Made by a program: the position numbers and the translations under genes. The notes beneath the pieces were generated by a model. The model was not told the DNA's origin and ran no database searches. It saw only the letters and a program-made list of their open reading frames with translations. A DNA stretch of 64,000 bases from the human T2T-CHM13v2.0 reference genome, Homo sapiens, in the NCBI RefSeq assembly GCF_009914755.1, contig NC_060943.1; one strand, given 5' to 3'. This document shows, piece by piece, positions 23,587 to 43,840 of the stretch. The stretch's first letter is position 1. Each line of letters opens with the position of its first letter.

Positions 23587-26286
23587 ACCAAAATATCACA
23601 GAATTCCAGTCATAGTTAACATACAGCGTTTAACACGAACCTGATACCTGTAGAAAGAACTGAGTATCGGGACAATTGAGTCGTTGGAACTGTAAGCCAC
23701 GCCCCAAACCGCATCACTCCGTACTTCAAAAATACGATTTTTTGAGAGCTTTGGAAACTGAATTAAAATGTCTACACAGCTATGAACAATTGTTTAATAA
23801 AACTTTTTCATGTTTCCATTACATGTAAATATATCAATTTGGCATCTCTATAAAAACTCTGAAAATGGTGCAAAAGTTTCATTCTCTTTGAGAAAGCCAT
23901 TGACAAAAAATATTCACACTTCACTAAAATTTTGAAAAATGGTCTTCTTTCAAAGCTTCTTTATTAATCTGAAGTCTTCTGGGTTATCAAAATCTAGGTT
24001 TGCTTTTTCCTCCTAAAACACTAAAGAACATTTATTCACAAGGATTAAAAAAAAAAATAAAAAGGCAATGGGCTGATGGAAAACTGATAAGGGCTTTTCT
24101 TTTTTTTTTTCTGAAAATAATTTAAAAAGCTTAAAAGTTACATAGGCATCTTCAAAAGAACACAATGGGATTCATTTTATTGTTGACTTTTGGACACCAG
24201 TGTCAGACTTTATTGAAAACAAACCCATGTAAAAACAAAGTTAAAATGAAAAATGGCACCTGAAAAATAAATTATTTTATATAAAACAAATCAATAACTT
24301 AAAACACACTAATATACAAAAGGTCTAACCATCTACTGTACAACATGGGAATCGGTTAAGAGAGCCTCCCCTCCCCCAAAGCAAGTCACTGTAAACGGAA
24401 CATCACATGGTCATGGTCAAAGAGGTGGCCCCAAACCAACGGAAAAGGCTTCTCTTCTGGTGGAAGAAAAATCCAGTCCTGTCAAAGTCTCCGTTAGCCT
24501 AACTTAGGTACTGGCGGTGACTTACAAGTGAGAAAAAAAAAATTTGTTTTTTTAAATGGCCAAGAAAGAAACCTGAACGATGTCACTGAAAGGTTGTAGA
24601 AAAATAGGATCCAGCCATTAGAGGTCAGGGGAAATCAAAAAGGTTTGGAAATGTGAACCCTGCCTGGGATCCGAGATTCAGATTCTACTGCCATCATTAC
24701 ACGCCAATTGCCAATGCCACTTAAAAGAAAGCACTTGTGACTTCAGGGCTGTCTTGCGAAGTTTGGGGACAGGAACCCCTGACCCCCAGAGTCAGCTAAA
24801 CCCCAGGGGTCTCTGCTAAGGAGCTGCCTCAGGTCCTAGTAGGTGAGGTAGGTCTGGGGAAGATGGGAGGGGATTGAGGTGGAGGGTGGGGTGGAGGGAC
24901 AGGATAGAGGCCTCCTGTCAGCTGAATTCTTATTCTCTTTCATCCAACACAGGAAGGCTGCGAAAAGCACATGGAAATAAAAGGGGGCTGAATCGGATGT
25001 GAAATGTAACAGCTGAGTGATGTCAATTTCGATTTTTCAAGTCCGATGCCGGACTGGGTAAGTCATGTCTTTTCAATGCCTGGTGGACAAATGGCCTTCA
25101 TTTGGAAGCAAACCGGGTCAAGGAATTGCCACTAACCGTCTTCGGGTGCTTCTATTTCTCTGATCCAGCAGGGACCCCTGGGCTGCCGGCTCCAAAGGGC
25201 CGGTCTTGGCTCCCAACAGCAGCACGGTTCAGTCCCTGGAGGCTGGGTCTCCAGGACTAAGGCCAAGCGCAGACTCTCAGAGGTTAAGGCAGCTGCCCTT
25301 GGCCAGGAAAAGGCTCACCTTCCAGGAGAAGGTGGCGGAACCCACCCAGCACCACCTGCGGGCGGGCCCCCGAGGAAGCCCATGAATTTCAGGATATTCA
25401 CGCAGGATGGTGGCCGGGGAGGGGACTCAGCACCCGGGAGGGAATCAGTCACAGAGCTGCGACTAGAGGCACAGCCAGCACAGAAAACTGCGGCTTGGCA
25501 AATTACACTGAAAACGAAATAATGGCAGAGCCAAGGGGGAACAAGGGAGAATTCATCAGGAAGCAGGTTCACAAATTCGGAGCTGCCTGGGGTCCAACTA
25601 CCAGAGGAAGTTACACACGGGTCAAAAGGGAATTCAATCAAAGCCTCTTTGGTATTTCCCAAACCAGATTTTTGATAAATGAACATTATCTACTCTGAAC
25701 GCTTTTTCATCGAAATTCCCAAATAAAAGCAGAGCACTCATTTTTGCTAAATAGAAATACAACTGATCTATGTAAAATTTTTTAAGAAATGGTTTCTTTT
25801 GGGTTGAGCCTTTTTTAAGAAAAGGGATCTCCCCTTTGCAAACAGGCCTTGATAAGATGTAATGAACTTTGAGGACACAGGGCCAGCAACTAGAACCTTG
25901 ATGGAACAGAGATTGCTTTTCAGGAGTGACAGTTGTTAAGCTAAATCCTTCCACAAGCTTGCAAGCTAAGACTCCCAAATAAAGGCTTTGGAATTTTTTA
26001 GCTAGAAGGCTGTTCAAACAGCGGAGACCACATACAATGAGAATGTTCCTGAACTGAGAAACTTCAGGGAACTTTCAAAGGCTCATATACTTCACAGTTT
26101 CTTCTCACCTGTCCCAGCATCAGAATAATTGATAGGATTCAGATAAAAGGGGGCGAGGAAAGAAGCTGAGGTGCTACAAGCCCGTCATCATTTTCACAGT
26201 TGAAGCTTAAGACAGAGTTCTCTGTTGAATGCTAGCTATGGGCATGTGTGGGAGTGAGACTCCAGGGGGAGTTTCAGAAGCGGGAA

Positions 26287-26453
26287 TCCCGCCTTCCATC
26301 AGAAGGGTGTTGGCTCCCACCTTCCATCAGAAGGGTGTTGGCTCCCACCTTCCATCAGAAGGGTGTTGGCTCCCACCTTCCATCAGAAGGGTGTTGGCTC
26401 CCACCTTCCATCAGAAGGGTGTTGGCTCCCACCTTCCATCAGAAGATGCTGGC
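26287..26453. repeat. 28-bp minisatellite, ~6 copies, in the ELAVL1 3'UTR
   Basis: Unit TCCCACCTTCCATCAGAAGGGTGTTGGC starting at 26287, 26315, 26343, 26371 and 26399, plus a degenerate sixth copy at 26427. Confidence 0.95.
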
Positions 26454-26825
26454 CCAGGGAAACCTGAAAGGCTTCTTTTTCCAGGAAAGCATTCTGGTCC
26501 CAGGATGCAGACTGCTCTCGGGCAACAGAGCAGGGACCCTCTTTTGTGTCGAATCCGGGCAATGGGCCTCGGTTTTGGCTTTTCCTGAGGATCTGGGATT
26601 CTGTGGGAGAAAGGAGGTCCTCTCTGGCACCAGGCCGACTTTTATGAGACACAGCCTGGGTACGGATGGCAACATCATCAATTTGCAAGGATCGCGCACA
26701 CAGCCCCTCAGTAAAAGATCAGGGAAAGGGGAGGGGATGGGCATCCTCAATTGTCCAGGGGCCTCTCGAGACGCTGACCTGCTCTGGGGACGGTGGTGCC
26801 TGCCTATTGCTCAATTTCACACTTC

Positions 26826-26866
26826 AATAAATAAATACATAAATAGGTATAAATAAACAGATAAAT
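26826..26866 (-). promoter_or_regulatory. ELAVL1: AU-rich element, five AUUUA pentamers, distal to the major PAS
   Basis: Plus-strand taaat at 26828, 26832, 26840, 26850 and 26862. Confidence 0.75.
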
Positions 26867-27281
26867 ACAGCCATCATCTCATGAGAGCAATAACTAAAAA
26901 ACAGCCTACGGTCACGTTTTAGTCTCACGTCAAGGTTAAAAACTGCTGGTACTAAGTTATCCTGTTTGTGATTCTCTCTGTAAACTAGTTATTTATAAAC
27001 GCCAGATCCCAGTCCTGAGGAGTTTTGGGTGATCTGGCCCTGCCTATTTCACAGGCTTTCTCTTTCACCCTTCCTCCGGGCTCCTGGTTTAAAAGCCACC
27101 AGCCTGTAACTGCACATTCTTGCGTCACAGATTCAGAAATGCTTTTGCTTGAGGCAAGGATTGGTTTCTTAAGATCTTACGACTCCTCCCTGAATGCTGG
27201 GCCACCTGCACCTTCCCTAGCCAAAAAGAAAGAAAAGGTAAAATAAAAAACAAAACAAAATTCGAGCAAAACAAAATCAAA

Positions 27282-27287
27282 TTTAAT
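27282..27287 (-). terminator. ELAVL1: Major poly(A) signal ATTAAA embedded in U/GU-rich sequence (~2.4-kb mRNA)
   Basis: Plus-strand tttaat flanked on both sides by A/CA-rich tracts (U/GU-rich in the mRNA), ~1.2 kb after the stop codon. Confidence 0.7.
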
Positions 27288-28232
27288 GGTCTTAAATGCA
27301 AAAGTAAAAACAAACAAAAAACACAAAAAAGCAAAAGAAAATTAACAGAACAGAACAACCCAAAATGTCAAGGCAGTTATGAAGAGAACTTTGAGGGTTA
27401 ATCTTTAAAACTACAAATCAAAGGTTTTGGTTAATAGATAACTGGCAAGAAGTAAGTACTTTTCTGCTGAGTGTTCATACAAAAGCAAAATTCCAAAACA
27501 AAATCCGACTAAAATAGAAAAAGGTCTAAGCGCTCACGAGAAGGGATGCGAGAAATACAATGCTCAAATGTTTCTGTGTTATTAAAATACAGAGCCATTT
27601 TACGCCTCCAAGCTATGTTAAATGCTCTGGAAAACGGGAGAAATTATCGTGAACAACAGTATCCAATGTGTGGGGCGCTGTGCATGCAATGTGTGGACAG
27701 AAACTCGGGATGTCAGAGTAGCAACACATCTTCAGGCGTGCCTGGAGCTTAGATCTGACTCTGGAATATACTGGAGTTTCCCTGAAACTCTTTGGTCCAT
27801 TCCCATTGGTGCCTGGGCTTACGAAACACGTTTGTGTCCTTCTCTGGAGGGCCCGCCCAGCATGCGGCCCGTGGCCCCCGGCCCCAGTGGTGGCCCACGC
27901 TGGACGGGCCCGCCGCCATTCCCAGGACCACTCGGCAGAGCCCGGGACTGAGTGAGCAGGAGGTGGCAACGGGACCTGCCTGGAAAAGGAACTTCCTGTC
28001 AACCAAAGCATACATCGCTTACAATGTTGAAGCGGTTGAGAAAACGCACACTCAGCATCTGTCTAACATCTTTAGATTAAAAACTAAAACTAAAAGGTGA
28101 TTTTTTTGCTACCCAGTCTGTGGAGACATTGAATGAAACGCGTGTTAGACAGTCTTAGAGGTTAAAGCATGCTTCAGGTTCACCACCATCCAGAGGGACT
28201 GGTTAGTCAATGCAGTTCTACTTAGATTTCTG

Positions 28233-28238
28233 TTTAAT
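28233..28238 (-). terminator. ELAVL1: Proximal poly(A) signal ATTAAA (short HuR mRNA)
   Basis: Plus-strand tttaat ~235 nt after the stop codon; size fits the reported ~1.5-kb isoform. Confidence 0.55.
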
Positions 28239-28470
28239 ATATATCTTAAAGGAAATAACTTACGAAACTTAAGATTGGTCTAACATTGTGGGATTTCAAA
28301 CATTTGAACATGTCGGTTGCATCCCAGAGTATAAAAACCTTCTCACTTCTCATTCAGACAAAGACAAACACTTGTGAAAATTGGCGCAAAATGAGTTGTA
28401 CACTAACAAGAAAAGTTTCAACTCCTTCACTCTTAATTATCTATTCCGTACAAAAAAAAGCATGAGCGAG

Positions 28471-28827
<357 letters not shown>

Positions 28828-29515
28828 TCAGCGCAGGCGGCCTGGGGATGGGGCAAGGCCTGGACGCATGCTGACCATGGCCGCTGGGCCCCATCCCGCT
28901 CTGCGCAGCCACGAGGTGCTCACGGTTGAGACACCTGCATGGGTCAAAACCCTGGGAGGAATTAAATACAGTAGTGGAGGGGCGGGACCCTGTTCTGTAG
29001 GGAGCTGACTCTGAGGGGCTGGTTGGTGCCCTCCACTCCTCCCACTGTGTATGTCGGGGTTTCTGTTTAGGGGTTCCTGCGGTTCCCCACATTTTAGATG
29101 ATGGGCGCTTCTCCTGGTCCTCCGTTGAAGGTAGAAATGCTCTGCAGGCCTCTGACAGCCTCAGTTCTCCCTGGAGGAAACTCTCCTCGTACTGTGGGGT
29201 ACGTGCAGGGGCTGAACTCCTTTTTCCAAATTTTGCACCTTCCCCTTATCATGACCCGCCCCCAAGCGTTGACAGCCCAGTGGTCTCTGGTTAGAGCACG
29301 CCTTTGCCAGGGCCACTTGTAGGGCACAAGAATTCCTTCCCAAGCACCAGGCAACCAACCCTCTGTGGCTAGAGCTCAACATCCCCTGAGGGTCAGGGGC
29401 CAAACCACTGAGGACTGAGAACTCAAGGGACAGGGAAGGGCCCTGGGACACCAGCAACGGCAGGCTCACCAAACTTGACCACACACGTGGGGCTCTTTCC
29501 ACAGTGATACTTTTA

Positions 29516-32446
<2,931 letters not shown>

Positions 32447-32515
32447 TGACGGGATCAGTCTATCATCCCCGTGGTTTCTATTCTGTGGCTGTGCCGTCGC
32501 CTGCCAGCGGGGCTA

Positions 32516-32782
<267 letters not shown>

Positions 32783-34952
32783 TCAACAAATCAACAAAAA
32801 CGGAGTTAGGGGGAAAAACGCTAGGACTTTCAAAACTGAAAAGCAAAAGTCAGGTCAGTCTACTGTGGGCCAGGCTAGAAGTCTGGTTAAGGAAATAAAC
32901 AAAAATTAAACCTAAAAGTGAAAACAAATGGATGGAGTAAAGAAAACCAATGACTAACAGAAGATTAAAGCTTCAGACTTTCTTCCCGGCTGAAGCCATG
33001 ACTCCACAGTGTTGGCGCCCAAAGATATTTTGGTGACAGACATCCCCAATAGACACCCAGGCCTCTTATTTGGAAGAAAGCAACATTAGGAAACAGCACA
33101 TCCACCGTCACTATTTAGCTGCCAGGTGTCCGCCACAGAGTGGGTGCGTGGGTGTGGTGTGTGGTTGGTGGGTAACAGGGTTGGAGTGGGGACTGCGTCT
33201 GAGAGATCCTCCCTGGGCTCAGGGGCCACTCTCCTGGCTGCTGTCTCTGGGCCCGCTGTGACAGCAGGCCTCGTGGCCGAGCCTGCTGCAAAGGTGCCCA
33301 GCTCAGCCTGCATGCCTTCTCCTTCATGCCAGGAGGGAGTAGGGTCCTGTGGCCACCCCCTGCCAGCTCCATGCTGCTGCTGTCACCTCACTCCTGTCTT
33401 GGGATACTCCACTCTAAGGTCCTACACCCCTCCCGTGGGCCCCAAATTGCCATCAGAATCAAATGAGGCCAGAACACTGCCCAGGCTCATACAGCAGAGC
33501 TGAACCTATCCACAGGCTCGCCAGGCAGGCCTGGGGTCCCTGTATGGGAAGGGCCAGGGCCCCAGCAGCCAAGCCCAGAGGGCATCTTCTCTTGCCACCT
33601 CAACTGAGCCACCCAAGGGCCAGTCCCGGGTTCCCGGCTAAACCCAATCCCTGGACGGAGCAGTGTGAGACCTGAGGCCCGTCCTGCTATGGGGGACATT
33701 GGTCAGCTGGGCATGGGTGTGAGATGCTGAGCAAGGCGGGTGGAAGGAGAGCATGGCTGTCCTGCACCCCTGCCTGTCCATACACTAGGCCCGGGAGGGA
33801 AACATGAGTAGCCCGTCCCTTGAGGAACCTGGGAAGCGGGCTGGAAACTGGATGAGGGGGATGGGGATGAGGGCACACTGAGCAGCGCACTAGCTCCTTC
33901 TCTGGGGGCAAGGACATGATGGAGTCAGGGGAAGGCCCAGGGGTGGGAGAGGTGACAGCTGAGAGGCCAGTCTGAGAGTGACATCACTAGGCGGGAGTCA
34001 CGGGTGTGTCCCAGTGGGAGAGGCCGTCACAGACAGCCCAACCCAAACACCCTGGTTCTCAAGACTTTTAGTCAAGCCAGGCCAAGGCTCATGCCTGTGG
34101 TCTCAACTACTCCAGAGGCTGAGGCAAGAGAATCGCCTGAGGCCAGGAGTTCAAGACCAGCCTGGACAACACAGTAAGATCTCACCTCTTAAGGAAAAAG
34201 AAAGACTTCCAGTCAAAGGGTGTCTTAAGTCAGGTTTCTTCTCCAGGCAAAGGCCTCTGGTGCATGGTAACAAACAACGACCAAAGCCAGGCAGCCCGGG
34301 GCCTTGGGTGACCTGTCCAGCGGGCACCCAACTGTCCCCATGTCCTGTCTCCACGCCTCACACGGCACCTTACTCCACCACTTCCCAGAGGGTCCCGCCA
34401 GCTGCCCCCACAATCGCGACACTGCAGGCCCCCCGTGAGCACAGAGACAGCAGCTTTAGTAAGGTCAGACCTAGCGCTACGCACACGTGCCAGGAATATT
34501 CTGGGGCTCAAGCTCATTTCTGAGCTGCTGCTCAGAAGGAACACCTGAAAACACAACCCTGACAGATGCTGTTTTCTTTGAGTCTCTCACGACACGAATG
34601 ACAGCTTAGTCAGTCTTGGAAACCTAAATGAAAATCGAACTTTAGGCAAATACGACTGAGAGCTGACGCTGGCCGGCTCGTAGGGAAGCTGGCTCCAAGC
34701 AGATGGCTTCATTCTGTTTCTAAAGACCCTGCGGCCCAGCGGAGAGAAGGCACGTGTGCAAGTGTGGCTTCCTCGTCTGGGGTTGTAGAGTGGCTTTCAA
34801 ATGCAAACTGCCTGAGTGAAAGGAAGAAAGCTCTAGTAAGGGGGGCAGGAGGGATGCTGTTTAGCAGAGGGGGATATCAATTCACTCAATTATTTAATGG
34901 ATGTATACTTTCTGAAGATGGCTCTGCATTTTTTGTTTTTTTCTTCCCCTAG

Positions 34953-38518
<3,566 letters not shown>

Positions 38519-38655
38519 TATCCCCAGCTTCTTTTAATGCCATCTTACCTCCTCAGCCTCCTCAAACCAAAGCCAACGTCTTCTCATTTTGGTGCTGTCC
38601 TCGTTTGCGGAATAACTAATGACATTTAAAATCAAACGGTGATCTGCCTTCCCTA

Positions 38656-38943
<288 letters not shown>

Positions 38944-40619
38944 TTAGGAAAAGCCAACACTGTGTGTTAGAAATCATGCAGGGAACGATTATCATCACTG
39001 ACGCTCACCGCCTGCAGCCGCATGGTGGCAAGCTCACTGAGGGATGGGCCGTGAGCCAGGATGCCTGGCAGTGCTTCCTCACTGGGTGCTCACCATCCTC
39101 AAGGAGGCAGGCGTGACTCCTATGTCACAAAGCCCAGCAACTGAGGGCCCGCAGCTTGTGTGTGGCTACCTCTCTGATGTGCTGGACAGTGAGCCGGTGC
39201 CAGAGAGGTCCTGGTGCCTGAAAGCAGCCCGTGCTGCAGCGGGCAAGCAAGCTGGGAGCTACTGGGAACACAGGAGACTCCCCTGCCAAAGAGCAAGCTC
39301 GCCACAGAAGCCCTGACAGGGGCTGTGAGTTCTGGGAGGACCCCGAGTTTGTACTCAAATCCACTCAAGTGTTCAATATTAAACGACTCAATGCCTTTTG
39401 GATTTATATTTTGCAAAATCAAAGAAAACTGAAGAGAACCTTCTGGGTGCTTTGACAAAATGGTACATTCATCATTCGTGTGGAGAGGGTGGTGAGGGGA
39501 GCCCGGAGGCCAATGCAAGACAAGGTCTTCGGTGCTTTCTCAGGTTGGCGCTGACGGCCGTGCAGACCCCATGGGCCCAGAAGGAAGAAAAGGACCACAG
39601 TGGAACCCCTCTGCCTGTGAAGGGGCAGCCTGGCAGGACTCACAGCCTCGTCAGGAGGCTGGGATATGGAGGAGGGAGCAGGAGATGTGTTCCCGAGAAG
39701 GGTGGGGACTTGAACCTGTGCGAAAGGAAGTTCATTCCCTTTGAGTGAGGGGCACAGAACTGATGAGCCAAGGTAACTGAGACCAGAACGCAGGGAGAAG
39801 CCGCCACTCAGGAGTCACTGGGCAGAATCTGCGTGCTGAGAACACACACACAGCATCCTCTGAGAAGCTCCTATCATGTTCCAGAGAAGGAACAACAGAC
39901 ATTGCCCCTGCTCATAGGGCAGTGGGCGGCCCAGCAGGGGAACAGGACAGCCCCACGAGGAGAGGAGTGTGGGGCTGGAGGCCAGCTCTGCCTGGTAGCG
40001 GTGGGAATCGAGGGAGCATGTCACTACGGAGCCCATGAGGTCTCTGGGGAAGCCGTGCTGCTCCCAGGCCCGGGGCACCTCCATCAGCCTGTGGACAGGA
40101 GCTCTGGGGACACTTGCTCACCCCATGATGTGGGTCAGGGGCTGCCAGTGCTGTCCCCAGAGAAAAAGAGGCTGCCTTGGCCCCCAGCCTCCCCTAGTGT
40201 CCGGGCTTGCCCTGGCTCCCTGCAGACCTGTCTGGACTGGGGCAGTATTTGGGGGCCTGCCAAACCATGACCCTGGCGCCAGTGGAGCGGAGCTGAGGCT
40301 GGCACTGACTGGACCTACTGCCGTCCCTGGATGAAGCCCCAGAGGAGAAGTGCCCTAGAGCCAAATGCTGGGGAAAGCTCTGATGCCTCCCAAGGACAGG
40401 TGTCTCCAAGGACCATGGGAACTCTGCTTTCCTCTTCTCTCTGGACACTGTCATGTTCAGTCAGGCTAGAATCAGAACAGCTGGCGCACAGCAGGCGTGC
40501 ACTGACCTGGGGCTCCCCGGCCCCTCGGCCAGAACCCTCTTTCCTAAGCTCCCAACATCGCTTGCTCTTTGGCCTCAATCAGGTCTTTTTCTGGCTGCCC
40601 ATTCTCAAGAATTCATCCA

Positions 40620-41725
<1,106 letters not shown>

Positions 41726-43155
41726 CCTGACCACTCAGCTTGCCACAGATCCCTCCACTGGCATCAACGCCCAGTTCCTCCTGTCCCTATTTAGTTCTTG
41801 ACTGCGTTGATCATGACCTGACACGCTACATTTTTTTTTTTTTTTTTTAGTTTTTTTTGTAGAGACAGGGTCTTGCTATGTTGCTCAGGTTAGACTTGAA
41901 CTCCTGGGCTCAAGTGATCCTCCTGCCCCAGCCTCCCAAATGCCCTGGATTACAGGCATGCACCACCCTGCCTGGCATCTATTTTACTTATTTAACTTTT
42001 AACTTTGCAAACAGACTCTGTGAGGGCCAGACTTGTGTGTCTCCTGCCATATCCAAAGCACTCAGAGCAGCCTCAGGTGAACGGCAGGCATCTGGGGACC
42101 GCTGCTGCGTGAGTGGAGTGCGCAGTAGCCACTGCTGTGAAGAACGCCTGCCTATCTGCACTGCAGTCCCCGGCGCCGGCTTCTGTGGGTGACAGGAGTT
42201 CTGCTGTTCTGGTTCCTGAGGCTTGGATCTCACAATGTGCTGGGGAAGCCTCCAGGTGACAATGTTAAGTGCCTGTAGCCACATACAGCACCCGGTTTCA
42301 CACCCTGGCTTTGCCCCTCCATCCCTCCGTGACCTTGGCAGAGCTGTTTCACTACTCGAAACATCAGCTTCTTCAACCCGAATCTGGGGACCATTTTTTA
42401 TGGGGCTGTGGAGAGGGCACGTGAGATACAGGATGGAAGGTCTGGCCCCGTCAGCCTTTGATAAGCACTGGCTGTGTGTGGCACACAGGGACCCAGCAGT
42501 GATGAAGAGCTGCACACAGAGACTGTGCAGCATCCCGGCAGGGACACTGAGCTGCATCTGGGACATGCTCAGCCTGTCGCCTCCATGCAGGACCACTCCC
42601 ACTGTGGCTGCCTGGGCTGCTACTATGGGAAAAAGATAGATAGGGATGAGGAGACAGGACTCCTCCTTCTCCACTCTGCCACCAAGGGAATGACATCAGG
42701 ACCAAAGAGGACAGAGCGGACGGGGTGAAGGCAAGGCACGTCTGCGCTCTCTGTGCAGGGCTGGGGCCTCAGAGCCCAGGATGAGCACAAGGCTCCAGGA
42801 GGCCCTGCCTGCAAGGGAGGAGCGGGGCAGAGGCTTGGGGCCAGCCTGCAGTTCCCATGATGTGCCTGGCCACTGGGTCTCCTCTAGGATGCGGCCCTTG
42901 CCTTGTGCCCCTGCAGGTCCTGCTGCTCAGAATACCCTCATCTCCACCCTGGTCTGGCTAACTCCCTCTCCTCCTCCAGATCTCAACTCTGGCTTTCTTG
43001 AGGGAGCCTCCTCTGGCACTGGCCACTATTATAGGCTCCTAAGCCCACCCTGGGACCACCTTACAGAGAATGGTGGGCACAACTGGGCTCCCCGAGGATG
43101 GACCATGGGCCAGTGACCCCCAGCACCTGGCAGAGGGCTTGGCCCTAGCCCGTAT

Positions 43156-43840
43156 TGTCATAAAGGATTTGTCTGGTCTCTGTCCCAGATTCCTAGGAGG
43201 AAGCTTGTAAAACTCCTGGAATTTCTGTCTTTGTTACCATAAGGCCTTGGATCCCACTTGAGTTTGTGCTAAGTGATGGCTCAGGATGGGCTCCGACACC
43301 AGAAAGACCAAGCATGTGACTAGACGGCTGGGGCTGTGAGCTGGGCGATACCGGCCTGACCTCCAGGGTGGGGGAGGGGAAAGGGGTGCTGGGGATGGAG
43401 TTCGATCACATGGCCAAAGAGTCAATCGGTCATGCATTCGTAATGAGCCCAGTAAACACGGCAGACACCAAAGCTCCACGGAGCCTCCTGGCAGGTGCAC
43501 AGGTCACATGCAGGGAGGACTAGGCACCTGATCCCACCAGGTGCAGACATGTGAGCTCTGTGCTTGGGACCCTCCCTGTGTGGCTCTTCATTTGGCAGGC
43601 CCTGAGTTGCAACCTTTATAAACAAACTGTCATCAGAAGTGTGAGTTCCAGGAGTCATTCTAGTGAGTCATGCACCCTGAAGGGGTGGCGGGAACCCTGA
43701 ATTTGTAGCCAGCTGGTCAAAAGTGCAGGGGCCTGGGGTCCCCCAAAGGGTGACTGGCATCTGAGGTGAGGGCGGTCTTGTTGGGGACCGTGGCCTTAAA
43801 TGTGCTGGGGCTGTGCTAACTCTGGGTGACTGGTGTCAGA
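43156..43840. mobile_element. ERV solo LTR (MER21-like)
   Basis: tgtcataaaggatttgtctggtctctgtcc...gtaatgagccc...gaatttgtagccagctggtca...gtgtcaga resembles recalled MER21-family LTRs. Confidence 0.55.

Larger units (their letters stand above)
23560..28470 (-). other. ELAVL1: ELAVL1 3'UTR (long, ~4.9 kb, alternatively polyadenylated)
   Basis: Alu-free and U-rich on the minus strand, running from the stop codon to AATAAA at 23586-23581; the 3' end is approximate. Confidence 0.85.

Noticed and set aside
26287-26453. CRISPR-like array (28-nt palindromic repeats)
   Set aside because: Units are contiguous with no unique spacers, there are no cas genes, and the context is a eukaryotic 3'UTR; it is a minisatellite. 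The ORFs crossing it (26229, 26248) are repeat artefacts.
41988-42674. 228-aa minus-strand intronic ORF
   Set aside because: Non-ATG start, no recognisable homology and no clear splice link to ELAVL1 exons; cannot be supported without expression data.
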